Source of the DNA: an uncultured Bacillales bacterium
GTDB taxonomy: Bacteria; Bacillota_I; Bacilli_A; RF39; UBA660
Length of the DNA: 64,000 bases
Reading direction: 5' to 3'
NCBI GenBank assembly: GCA_947564265.1
Contig: CANOBK010000004.1
Location: 69,583-133,582 of the forward strand
A model generated the notes under the pieces. The model made no database searches. It had not been told where the DNA came from and saw only the letters and a list, made by a program, of their open reading frames with translations. Shown here piece after piece: positions 18,273 to 27,122 of the stretch; position 1 is the first letter of the stretch; each line of letters begins with the position of its first letter. Both the position numbers and the translations under genes were made by a program.

Positions 18273-18815
18273 ATGATTGATCAAGAAACCTTAAATACAT
18301 TTGATAAATTATACAAAGAATCTTATCCTAATGTCCTAAAATATGTTGTTTGTCATTGCTCTAATGCAGAAGATATTAAAGATATTGTTCAAAATGTTTA
18401 TTTAGAACTATTAAAAATTTTGCAGAAAGATAATCTCTTTCATAAAGGAAATGCTTATATTATGGGTATTGCCAAAAACAAAGTGAATGAATATTATCGA
18501 TTTAACTATAAAGCTAAAATAGTATCCTTGTTTTCTAAAAAAGAGGATTTTATTCTATTAGATAGTATTCCTGATTCTATAGATTTACAGGAAGAGTTTA
18601 TCAAAGAGGAAGATTTAAAATTTATATGGGATTTTTTAAAAAAGAAAAAGGTAATGATTTTTAAAGTTTTTTATCTTTATTATTATGCGGATATGAGTAT
18701 TAAGGATATTTCAATAGAATTAAATATAAGTGAATCAAATGTGAAGCATTATTTGTATAGAACATTAAAAGAACTTAATTCGATTATGAAGAATGGAGAT
18801 GATAAAAATGTCTAA
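18273..18815 (+). CDS. ECF-type sigma-70 family sigma factor
   Basis: Region 2-like DIVQNVYLELLK and region 4 HTH MSIKDISIELNISESNVKHYLYRTLKEL; ATG 18273 follows GTGAGGTG. Confidence 0.75.
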   Translation: MIDQETLNTFDKLYKESYPNVLKYVVCHCSNAEDIKDIVQNVYLELLKILQKDNLFHKGNAYIMGIAKNKVNEYYRFNYKAKIVSLFSKKEDFILLDSIPDSIDLQEEFIKEEDLKFIWDFLKKKKVMIFKVFYLYYYADMSIKDISIELNISESNVKHYLYRTLKELNSIMKNGDDKNV

Positions 18816-19407
18816 CAAAAAGATAATTCAAAAAGTATTTGATGAGGAGCTGAATGGTGAAAAAATAAAACAGCAAATACTTTTAGAATATGAAAGAAAG
18901 GGAAAAAGTAAAATGAATAAAATAATAAAATATGCTGTTATTTCAGTATGTCTTGTGTTCACTATTTTTATAGGAATTTCATTCAATAAGGGAAAAGATA
19001 TTGAGGGTAATGTTATAGGCACCATGAAAGTATATGCTTATACGATGTCAGAAGATGAAAAGGTAAAAAAAATGGAATTAAAAGATAATATTAAACTGGG
19101 GCTTGCAAGCTATAATTTGGCAATGTCTAGTGTTCCAGGCTATCCGATTGAATTTGAGATAAATGGAATTGATTTGATAAAAATTGAAATTATTAATGGA
19201 ACAATTTTCGATTGGAATAGAGAAACAGGAGAGGTAAAGAATATTGGTAGTTCTTATCAATTAACTAACAATGGAACTTTATATTTTCATGTAAATGAAA
19301 GTACTCATATTAAAATAAAAGGAATTAAGGATAAAGAGGAAATATTTGAAAAAGATATATCAATTTCAAGTGATGACGATTTTAATTACTATGCAGTACT
19401 AAAATAG
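18808..19407 (+). CDS. single-pass membrane protein, possible anti-sigma factor
   Basis: Overlaps the sigma gene by 8 nt; ~40-aa cytoplasmic head, TM YAVISVCLVFTIFIGI, extracytoplasmic domain. Confidence 0.4.
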   Translation: MSNKKIIQKVFDEELNGEKIKQQILLEYERKGKSKMNKIIKYAVISVCLVFTIFIGISFNKGKDIEGNVIGTMKVYAYTMSEDEKVKKMELKDNIKLGLASYNLAMSSVPGYPIEFEINGIDLIKIEIINGTIFDWNRETGEVKNIGSSYQLTNNGTLYFHVNESTHIKIKGIKDKEEIFEKDISISSDDDFNYYAVLK

Positions 19408-19510
19408 TTATATTTACCAATCATAATATATATTAGATAAAACTCAAGTTTTATTTCGTGTTCAAAAGGGTTTTTACATTATAAAATTTAATGTGAAAGG
19501 AGCAGAAATT

Positions 19511-20221
19511 ATGGATCAAGAAAAAATAGGAAAATTTATTTCAGAATGTAGAAAAACAAAAAAAATCACTCAATCAGAGTTGGCAGAACAATTAGGAGTT
19601 ACTGATCGTTCCATCAGTAATTGGGAAAATGGTAAAAATATGCCAGACTTATCTTTGTTCAAACCACTATGTAACATTCTTGATATTACGATCAATGAGT
19701 TATTAAGTGGGGAAAAATTAAGTAAGCAAGAATATCAGGAAAAATTTGAAGAAAATATGGTAAATACGATTAATTATTCTACAAAAAGATTAACAAAATA
19801 TAAAGAATTGATTTCTTTGATTTTAGTGATATTTGGATTATTTATTTCCTTGTCAGCCATTATGATTTTTCCAAGTGAAAGTAGTTGGAGCTCTATCTAT
19901 TCAGTGTTTGGAATCATCCTATTCATGATTGGTATTTCAAGATTATTAAATCGAATAAAATGGTACAAGCGATTATTTCTAATCATATTAATTTTTGTTG
20001 GAGCAATGACAATTTTATTTTTCACTGATTATATTAATGTAAAAAATAATAAAGAAGCACCTATGTTTCGAATTACTACAACGACTACAGGTAATGTCAT
20101 TTATTATGATACACCATTTTATGATGTATATCGATGTAACTTCGATGAAAGCGATGAATATTGGGTGATTAGCAAAAATAGTAATCCTACGATTGATGAA
20201 TTAATCGATTATTGTAAATAA
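19511..20221 (+). CDS. membrane-tethered XRE-family HTH regulator
   Basis: ITQSELAEQLGVTDRSISNWENG HTH plus 3 TM segments; RBS GAAAGGAG. Confidence 0.75.
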   Translation: MDQEKIGKFISECRKTKKITQSELAEQLGVTDRSISNWENGKNMPDLSLFKPLCNILDITINELLSGEKLSKQEYQEKFEENMVNTINYSTKRLTKYKELISLILVIFGLFISLSAIMIFPSESSWSSIYSVFGIILFMIGISRLLNRIKWYKRLFLIILIFVGAMTILFFTDYINVKNNKEAPMFRITTTTTGNVIYYDTPFYDVYRCNFDESDEYWVISKNSNPTIDELIDYCK

Positions 20222-20242
20222 TAGTAAATGATTAATGAATGA

Positions 20243-20281
20243 AAAGATCAAATTTTTGTTTTGATCTTTTTCTGATATAAT
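20243..20281 (+). terminator. terminator fused to extended -10 promoter
   Basis: AAAAGATCAAA/TTTGATCTTTT hairpin, then TGATATAAT (20273-20281). Confidence 0.65.
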
Positions 20282-20323
20282 ATTTAATATAACTAGAAAT
20301 ATTAATTTATAAGGAGAATTGTA

Positions 20324-21364
20324 ATGAAGAAGAAATTATTTACTATTTTATTATGTGGCATTATGGTACTAGGAATTACAGGATGTGGAACAGGGAAACA
20401 AAGAGATAAACAGCAAAAGGAAAATGAAAACTATACGAAAGAGTTAGTACAATGTTTAGAAAATGAATTAGTAGGATATCTTACCACTGAAGAGGATCAT
20501 TTGATGGAAATACCTTTAAGTGAAATCAAAGCAGTAGATCATAACAAAATAGAATATTATAAAGGTTCTTATGCTAGTGAACATCCCGATAATAGATATG
20601 TAATAGTTTACCCTAAAAATGGAACTTATGATTTTGATGTAATGAAAGATTTTGATCAGTATTTTTATAGTAAATTTCCTGTATATCAAAGTGATTTTGT
20701 TTCTTCTATTACAATTTATGTTCATAGTCAAAATAACGATATTGATTTTAATAACATCATAAATAAATGTCAAATAAGTAATGATATGGATAGTGGTAAG
20801 TCTATTCCATCTAAAACAATGAATAAACTAAAAGATACTAAAAAGATTGTGATAAAATCTAGTAAAAATGTATTGGGTACAATCAGTAATCAGGATAAAT
20901 TGACAGAAATATTAAATACTATTTCAAGTAGTAAACAGTATGGTGATTTTTTTCTTTGTGATGGGAATGGTTTCGACTTTGAATTGTATGATAAAAACAA
21001 TCAATTAATTGATACAATTTATGTTTGGGGAGATGGTAACAGATTAATTCCTTCCAGTATTCATAGTGGTTGTTCCTATTATTCCATTTCAAATGATCTA
21101 GATTTAAGAAGGATTATTGAAGAAGAAACAAATTATGTGTTTTATAGTATTTTAAATTTTGGAGATTATGATAAACAAAAACAGCAATTCATTTATAATG
21201 ATAGTAAATATGGTTACTATTTGAATAGTGAGAATACGAATGAAATCCTAATCCAGTTTACGTTGAATCATCAAATTATGACATTAAAATATGCTTTGGA
21301 AAATCAATACATTTCTGCTGAAAAAGTGGTTCATGATTACCCAGATATATTAGTCAAAAGGTAA
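20324..21364 (+). CDS. lipoprotein, uncharacterised
   Basis: Signal peptide with lipobox VLGITGC; RBS AAGGAG. Confidence 0.7.
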   Translation: MKKKLFTILLCGIMVLGITGCGTGKQRDKQQKENENYTKELVQCLENELVGYLTTEEDHLMEIPLSEIKAVDHNKIEYYKGSYASEHPDNRYVIVYPKNGTYDFDVMKDFDQYFYSKFPVYQSDFVSSITIYVHSQNNDIDFNNIINKCQISNDMDSGKSIPSKTMNKLKDTKKIVIKSSKNVLGTISNQDKLTEILNTISSSKQYGDFFLCDGNGFDFELYDKNNQLIDTIYVWGDGNRLIPSSIHSGCSYYSISNDLDLRRIIEEETNYVFYSILNFGDYDKQKQQFIYNDSKYGYYLNSENTNEILIQFTLNHQIMTLKYALENQYISAEKVVHDYPDILVKR

Positions 21365-21430
21365 TATTTAAAATTGATACAATGTTATTACCCATACTAA
21401 GTTATAAAAGGTAGAATAAAGGTGGTATTT

Positions 21431-22015
21431 ATGAGAAAAAATAAATTTAAAATAATAATCCTAATTGTGTTTATCTTAGTCCTTATTGTTGGGAGTATGT
21501 ATTTCATTGATTTAGATAGGATAAAGAAGGGAGAAAAGGTTGTATTTAGTACTTGGGGAAGAAAAGATGAACCTGTAATTAAAATAAATCCAAATGAAAA
21601 TAATAAGAAACTTGATTATTCTTATCAAAAATATTCTAAAGTAATCGATCATATGAAGTTAGAATTCAATCTACCAAATGATTGGAACTATCAAGAAATG
21701 CAAGAAGAGAAAGCAAATGATTCTTATAAATATGCTTTAAAGCTATATAAAAATAGTGAGGAACAATATGCTACCTTATATATTTCTAATAATCCATTTG
21801 GCGTTTGTGGTACGGGAAGAATCACTGAAGACCTAATTTTAGAAAATGGTGAGAAGGCAACAATCGGGTATTATTCAGGCAATAAAAATTGGAGTGATAT
21901 TTCATTTCATTATGTGAATCAATATGTCGCAGTGATTAATCATAACTTAATCGATGAAGAGGCTACTGAAGCAATGGATTTTATAAAAAACATCAATATT
22001 ATTGAGAAAGATTGA
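21431..22015 (+). CDS. membrane-anchored hypothetical protein
   Basis: ATG 21431 after AAAGGTGG; N-terminal TM IIILIVFILVLIVGSMYF. Confidence 0.6.
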   Translation: MRKNKFKIIILIVFILVLIVGSMYFIDLDRIKKGEKVVFSTWGRKDEPVIKINPNENNKKLDYSYQKYSKVIDHMKLEFNLPNDWNYQEMQEEKANDSYKYALKLYKNSEEQYATLYISNNPFGVCGTGRITEDLILENGEKATIGYYSGNKNWSDISFHYVNQYVAVINHNLIDEEATEAMDFIKNINIIEKD

Positions 22016-22254
22016 TAGATAGGGATAGAAAAATAAATGAATTAAACCACTGGTATGTGTGAATGATTAAGGAAAAATAATAAGGTGATTTAGTTACTGG
22101 TAGATTGTTTTTTTACGATTATATGTAATACGATTTCATTTATCTTATCTTAATAATATATAAATGAAAGAGGATGAAAGATTTGTATTTTTATGATATA
22201 ATATTTGATGTAAATAAAACAAAGGATAGTATTGATTGAAAGGGAGGAATGATT

Positions 22255-22812
22255 ATGAAGAGAAAAATATTTATGATTTTACTAACTTGCGTTTTAGTTT
22301 TAGGAATGACTACTGGTTGTTCCGAGAAAAAAGAAGAGGCACCAAAAGATAAAGAAGTGGAAGAAAAAGCAAAAGGAAAATGTGAAGTAGAAGAATGTAT
22401 GAACCTTATTGAAACGAATATGACAGTAGAGGAAGTAAATGAGATTATTGGTTTCGATGGAGAAAAAGAAGAGGATAAAGAGATTTATACTTGGCAACTT
22501 ACAGAAAAAACAAAAATAGAAGTAGAATATACAGATGGTCAAGGAACAATTACAGCAACTATGGATAAAGAAAAAATCAAAGAGGATAAACTAAAAATGT
22601 CTATTTGCTATGGAATTCAAAGCTCTCTTCGAAATGGGGAAACGTTTAACTATGAAGAAATGGTTGAAAAATTAGAGGGAATTGAAGGACATTTGGCTAC
22701 AAAGGCGCCAACTTTTAAAAGATATATTTGGGTAAGTAAAGATAGTCAAACATTTGGGGCATCCTTCTCAGATTCTTTAGATGGTAAGTGTTCTATCGCA
22801 TCGATTAGATAA
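22255..22812 (+). CDS. lipoprotein, uncharacterised
   Basis: Lipobox VLGMTTGC; Glu/Lys-rich linker; RBS AGGGAGG. Confidence 0.7.
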   Translation: MKRKIFMILLTCVLVLGMTTGCSEKKEEAPKDKEVEEKAKGKCEVEECMNLIETNMTVEEVNEIIGFDGEKEEDKEIYTWQLTEKTKIEVEYTDGQGTITATMDKEKIKEDKLKMSICYGIQSSLRNGETFNYEEMVEKLEGIEGHLATKAPTFKRYIWVSKDSQTFGASFSDSLDGKCSIASIR

Positions 22813-22835
22813 GATTAAAATAAGTAAATAAGATA

Positions 22836-22879
22836 AGGCGGAAGTATTATAAGAAATTCTGCCTTTTTTATGGTACAAT
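22836..22879 (+). terminator. terminator fused to extended -10 promoter
   Basis: GGCGGAA/TTCTGCC hairpin (one G-U), TTTTTT, then TGGTACAAT. Confidence 0.65.
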
Positions 22880-22909
22880 TAAGATATAGAAAGAGAGGAT
22901 TGATTGATA

Positions 22910-23473
22910 ATGAAGAAAAATATCAAAACAACAGAAGCAATATTTCCAATGCCCGTTTTAATGATTGCAACTTATAATGAGGATGGTACGATTGATGTAA
23001 TGAATGCTGCATGGGGAACGATGTTAGAACGAGATCATATTATTTTAAATTTAACTGAAACCCATAAAACCGTAAAAAATATAAAAGAAAGAAGAGCGTT
23101 TACAGTTAGTATAGCAGATGCTAACCATGTAAAAGAAGCAGATTACTTTGGGGTAGTATCTGGAAACAATACAACAGAAAAGTTTGAAAAAAGTGGTATG
23201 ACCGCAACAAAATCAAGCTTAGTGGATGCCCCTATTATCAATGAGTTTCCTATTTGTATGGAATGTGAGTTTATAGAATATCAGAGTGATACTTATGGTT
23301 GTGGAGTAGTTGGTAAAATTGTGAATGTATCAGCGGAAGAAAGTGTTATGAGTGGGGAAAATGTTGATATATCATTGTTAAATGCCATAGCCTTCGATCC
23401 ATATACGCATGGCTATTATAAAGTAACTGAAAGAGTAGGAAATGCTTTTAAAGATGGGTTAGAGCTTAAATAA
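22910..23473 (+). CDS. flavin reductase-like FMN-binding protein
   Basis: MPVLMIATYNEDGTIDVMNAAWG and FTVSIA motifs typical of the flavin reductase/flavoredoxin split-barrel family. Confidence 0.7.
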   Translation: MKKNIKTTEAIFPMPVLMIATYNEDGTIDVMNAAWGTMLERDHIILNLTETHKTVKNIKERRAFTVSIADANHVKEADYFGVVSGNNTTEKFEKSGMTATKSSLVDAPIINEFPICMECEFIEYQSDTYGCGVVGKIVNVSAEESVMSGENVDISLLNAIAFDPYTHGYYKVTERVGNAFKDGLELK

Positions 23474-23565
23474 GCATAATAAAAATTCTACCTAAATTCT
23501 ACTTGATAGGGGTGTAATAGCTAATTGAATTTTATTATAATCGTATAATAGAAAGGAAGATTATA

Positions 23566-24012
23566 ATGAATCAAATTAAAATTGGAAAATATATCCAACT
23601 AAAAAGAAAAGAAAAAAATATAACTCAGGAACAGCTTTCAGAAACATTAGGTGTATCAAACAAAACAATTTCAAAATGGGAGTGTGGAAAATCCCTTCCA
23701 GATTATTCTTTAGTTGAAATTTTATGTGATACATTAGAAGTGACTACCTCTGAATTATTTAACGGAGAAGATAGTGGATCAGATAAAAAAGCAATGATTG
23801 AAATGTTAGAGAAAATTCAAAACCTTGAAAATCAAAAAAACATCATGTTTGGAATATTGTTAATCATTTTAGGTATTGCCTGTCTTTGCCTATCACAACT
23901 TTTTAGCGGTAGTAACTTTAAAGAATTTATATCAGGAGTATTACTAGGACTATCGGTTGGCGAAATGTTAGTTGGAATATTTATAACAGCAAGTTCTATA
24001 ACGAAACAATAA
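23566..24012 (+). CDS. membrane-tethered XRE-family HTH regulator
   Basis: ITQEQLSETLGVSNKTISKWECG HTH plus two C-terminal TM segments. Confidence 0.75.
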   Translation: MNQIKIGKYIQLKRKEKNITQEQLSETLGVSNKTISKWECGKSLPDYSLVEILCDTLEVTTSELFNGEDSGSDKKAMIEMLEKIQNLENQKNIMFGILLIILGIACLCLSQLFSGSNFKEFISGVLLGLSVGEMLVGIFITASSITKQ

Positions 24013-24064
24013 ATTACAATTTATAGAACAAATCAATTTATAATCTGTTCTTTTTTGATATAAT
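24010..24064 (+). repeat. cassette-junction module copy E
   Basis: TAAATTACAATTTATAGAACAAATC..ATCTGTTCTTTTTTGATATAAT; box begins inside the stop codon. Confidence 0.8.
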
Positions 24065-24108
24065 GAGAGTGAAAGACAAATAGTAGTTTGTTAAGGAGTT
24101 GAAGTAAG

Positions 24109-24855
24109 ATGAATGAATATATCAATTTGAATTTAGAAAACATTGATAATGAGCATATATGTTGTGCTATTGGTGATCCTAAACATCAATGTGGTGTAGA
24201 TAATAAAAAAGAATGGATAAAAAGTAAATTAAAAGATGGTCATGTATTTAGAAAATTAAATGCTAGAGGTAAAATATTCATTGAGTATGAGCCAATAGAA
24301 ACAGCATGGGTTCCTATTAGTGGTAAAAACTATGAATATATTTATTGTTTATGGGTAGCAGGTAGTTTTAAAGGAAAAGGCATTGCAAAAGAATTATTAG
24401 AATATGCTATCAATGATTCTAAAGAAAAAGGTATGAGTGGAATTTGCACTTTAACTTCTAAAAAGAAAAAACCATTTATTGGAGAAAAGAAATTTTTTGA
24501 ACATTACGGTTTTAAAGTAGTAGATACAGTTGGAGATTATGAATTATTGGTATTACAATTTGATAATAATGAAATACCAAAATTTAATGATAATGCAAGA
24601 AATATGAAAATTGATAGTGAAGATTTTACAATCTATTACAGTCCTGAATGTCCTTATGTGGAATACGAAGTAAAAGAATTATCAGAATATGCAAAAGAAA
24701 AGAATATCAAGATTAACTTTATAAAGGTTGATACATTGGAAAAAGCGAAGAATGTTCCTTGTATATTCAATAACTGGGCTAACTTTTATAAAGGTGAATT
24801 TGTTTCAAATACAATATTAAATGCAAATTCATTTGAAAAATTAGTGAGTAAATAA
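24109..24855 (+). CDS. GNAT N-acetyltransferase with YoaP-like C-terminal domain
   Basis: GNAT core LWVAGSFKGKGIAKELLEYAI; C-terminal IYYSPECPYVEYEV...NFIKVDT resembles the YoaP domain. Confidence 0.7.
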   Translation: MNEYINLNLENIDNEHICCAIGDPKHQCGVDNKKEWIKSKLKDGHVFRKLNARGKIFIEYEPIETAWVPISGKNYEYIYCLWVAGSFKGKGIAKELLEYAINDSKEKGMSGICTLTSKKKKPFIGEKKFFEHYGFKVVDTVGDYELLVLQFDNNEIPKFNDNARNMKIDSEDFTIYYSPECPYVEYEVKELSEYAKEKNIKINFIKVDTLEKAKNVPCIFNNWANFYKGEFVSNTILNANSFEKLVSK

Positions 24856-24856
24856 G

Positions 24857-25741
24857 ATGGAGTTTATAAAAGCAAAAACCATTCTTTCCAAAGTAAAATA
24901 TGGTAATGAATGGTATGGTATTGATTATAATATGAATCTTTATAGAGGTTGTTCTCATAGATGTATCTATTGTGATAGTAGAAGTAATTGTTATCACATA
25001 GATAATTTCGATATAGTTAGAGGTAAAGAAAATGCACTATATATTTTAGAAAAAGAATTATGTAAAAAACGAGAAAAAGGAGTTATTGGAATTGGAGCAG
25101 TGTCTGATCCCTATAATCCTTTGGAAAAAGAATTTGAACAAACACGAGGAGCACTAAAACTTATTTCAAAATATGGATTTGGTGTTTCTATTGATACTAA
25201 AAGTGATTTGATTTTAAGAGATATAGATTTATTAAAAGAAATAAATTTAAAAAATAATGTTATTATAAAATTTACTATAACTACACCAAATGATGAATTA
25301 TCAAAAATAATAGAGCCAGGAGTCTCTTCATCTTCTAAAAGATTACAAGCCATAAAAAAATTATCTGATAATGGAATATATGTGGGTATTATGATGAATC
25401 CTGTTTTACCATTTATTACTGCCAACGAAGAAGATATAAAGAAATTAGTTAAACTTGCTAGTGAATCAGGGGCTAAATTTATTCATACCTATATGGGAAT
25501 GACTTTAAGGGAAAATCAAAGAGATTATTATTATGATAAGTTAGATCAAAACTTTGTAGGATTAAAGGAAAAATATATTAAGTATTATGGAGATAGATAT
25601 AATTGTATTGCTCCTAATTATAAAATATTATATAAAATATTTACTGATGAATGCGACAAGTATGGAATCTTATATAATATGAATGATATTATTAAAGCAT
25701 ATAAAAAAATTAAAAGTAATGAACAAATATCATTGTTTTAG
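24857..25741 (+). CDS. radical SAM protein (SplB/Rv2578c-like family)
   Basis: CSHRCIYC CxxxCxxC cluster motif near the N-terminus; 1-nt gap after the GNAT gene. Confidence 0.75.
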   Translation: MEFIKAKTILSKVKYGNEWYGIDYNMNLYRGCSHRCIYCDSRSNCYHIDNFDIVRGKENALYILEKELCKKREKGVIGIGAVSDPYNPLEKEFEQTRGALKLISKYGFGVSIDTKSDLILRDIDLLKEINLKNNVIIKFTITTPNDELSKIIEPGVSSSSKRLQAIKKLSDNGIYVGIMMNPVLPFITANEEDIKKLVKLASESGAKFIHTYMGMTLRENQRDYYYDKLDQNFVGLKEKYIKYYGDRYNCIAPNYKILYKIFTDECDKYGILYNMNDIIKAYKKIKSNEQISLF

Positions 25742-25744
25742 AAT

Positions 25745-25760
25745 TGCAAATTACAATTTA
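25745..25760 (+). repeat. cassette-junction box only (copy F)
   Basis: TGCAAATTACAATTTA directly followed by RBS GGAG; no hairpin. Confidence 0.65.
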
Positions 25761-25771
25761 GGAGTGTGTAT

Positions 25772-26140
25772 ATGGTAAAATCTAATATAAAAAAAGAATT
25801 TAATTGTAATATAGAAAAATTATGGAGTGTTATCACAGATAATACAAAATATGCTTGGAGAAGTGACTTATCTAAAATAGAAATAATAGATGATAAACAT
25901 TTTATAGAATATGCAAAAAATAATTTTCCAACTTATTTTATAATTACTTCAAAACAGAAATTTAAAGAGTATAAATTTGATATAGAAAATGCAAATATAA
26001 AAGGAAAATGGATAGGTTTGTTTAAAAAACTGCCGAATGGAAATGTAGAACTAGATTTTACAGAAGAAATAGAAACAAATAATTGCATTATGAAATTATT
26101 AGCAAAACCATATTTAAAAAGTATGCAAAAAAATATATGA
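25772..26140 (+). CDS. SRPBCC-superfamily protein, 3' end apparently shifted at an A7 run
   Basis: Size and pattern (KLWSVITDNTKYAWRSDL) fit SRPBCC; the -1 frame continues KYMRDLEKEVNE to TAA 26167-26169, which abuts box copy G. Confidence 0.6.
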   Translation: MVKSNIKKEFNCNIEKLWSVITDNTKYAWRSDLSKIEIIDDKHFIEYAKNNFPTYFIITSKQKFKEYKFDIENANIKGKWIGLFKKLPNGNVELDFTEEIETNNCIMKLLAKPYLKSMQKNI

Positions 26141-26169
26141 GAGATTTAGAAAAAGAAGTAAATGAGTAA

Positions 26170-26186
26170 TTCAAATTACAAAATGA
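26170..26186 (+). repeat. cassette-junction box only, degenerate (copy G)
   Basis: TTCAAATTACAAAATGA; same TAA-TTCAAATTACAA context as copy H. Confidence 0.55.
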
Positions 26187-26203
26187 AAGATAGATGATGT
26201 ATT

Positions 26204-26623
26204 ATGAATTTAAAGAAAATAGAAAATTTTATTGATAAACAAAAAGTTAGTTTTATATGTTCTATTGATAATGAAAATTATCCTAATTTAAAAGCAATGC
26301 TTAAACCTAGAAAAAGAATAGGAATAAAAGAATTTTATTTTTCTACTAATACTTCATCTATGAGAGTAAAACAGTATCAAAATAATCCAAATGCAAGTAT
26401 ATACTTTTATCATAAAGGATTCATTAAATATGTAGGTGTTATGTTAAAAGGTCAAATGGAAGTATTAACAGATCAGGAAACTAAAAATATGATTTGGAAA
26501 AAGAGAGATACCATGTTTTATAAAAAAGGTGTAACTGATCCAGATTATTGTGTTTTAAAATTTACTGCTACAAGTGGTAGATATTATTGCGATTTAAAAA
26601 CAGAAAATTTTGATATAGAGTAA
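26204..26623 (+). CDS. pyridoxamine 5'-phosphate oxidase-like FMN-binding protein
   Basis: 139 aa; pattern VSFICSIDNENYPNLKAM...ASIYFY...MLKGQMEVLTD fits the PNPOx split-barrel / general stress protein 26 family. Confidence 0.6.
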   Translation: MNLKKIENFIDKQKVSFICSIDNENYPNLKAMLKPRKRIGIKEFYFSTNTSSMRVKQYQNNPNASIYFYHKGFIKYVGVMLKGQMEVLTDQETKNMIWKKRDTMFYKKGVTDPDYCVLKFTATSGRYYCDLKTENFDIE

Positions 26624-26672
26624 TTCAAATTACAATTTATAGAGCAGATCATGAAAAATGATTTGTTTTTTT
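26621..26672 (+). repeat. cassette-junction module copy H
   Basis: TAATTCAAATTACAATTTATAGAGCAGATCAT..ATGATTTGTTTTTTT. Confidence 0.8.
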
Positions 26673-26691
26673 ATGTTTGAATTTTAATATA

Positions 26692-26730
26692 TTGACAACT
26701 GTATATATTCTGTATATAATGTATATACAC
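26692..26730 (+). promoter_or_regulatory. sigma-A-type promoter with overlapping triple TGTATATA operator-like repeats
   Basis: TTGACA (26692-26697), 17 nt, TATAAT (26715-26720); TGTATATA at 26700, 26711 and 26720; palindrome GTATATAC at 26721-26728. Confidence 0.6.
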
Positions 26731-26744
26731 AAAAGAGGTGAGTT

Positions 26745-27122
26745 ATGGAAATTATTATAAGTAATTCAAGTGGAGTTCCTATATATGAACAGATAAAAGA
26801 ACAAATTAAAGTAAAGATTGTATCTAATGAATTACAAGCAGGTGAATTATTACCATCAATAAGAACCTTAGCAAAAGATTTAAGATGTAGTGTAATAACC
26901 ACTAAAAATGCTTATGAAGAATTAGTAAAAGATGGTTATGTTAGGAATGTTCCATCTAAAGGATTTTATGTGGCAGAGGTTAATAAGGAAGTTGCTCATG
27001 AAGAACAGTTAAATAAAATAGAGGGATTGTTAGATTCAGCCGTTACTATTGCTAAAATGAATAATATCTCTAAAAAGACTATGAATGAGATGTTAGATAT
27101 ATTGTATGAGGAGGAAAAATAA
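26745..27122 (+). CDS. GntR-family (YtrA-type) transcriptional regulator
   Basis: Winged HTH LPSIRTLAKDLRCSVITTKNAYEELVKDGYV; short effector region; TAATG coupling to the ABC ATPase. Confidence 0.85.
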   Translation: MEIIISNSSGVPIYEQIKEQIKVKIVSNELQAGELLPSIRTLAKDLRCSVITTKNAYEELVKDGYVRNVPSKGFYVAEVNKEVAHEEQLNKIEGLLDSAVTIAKMNNISKKTMNEMLDILYEEEK

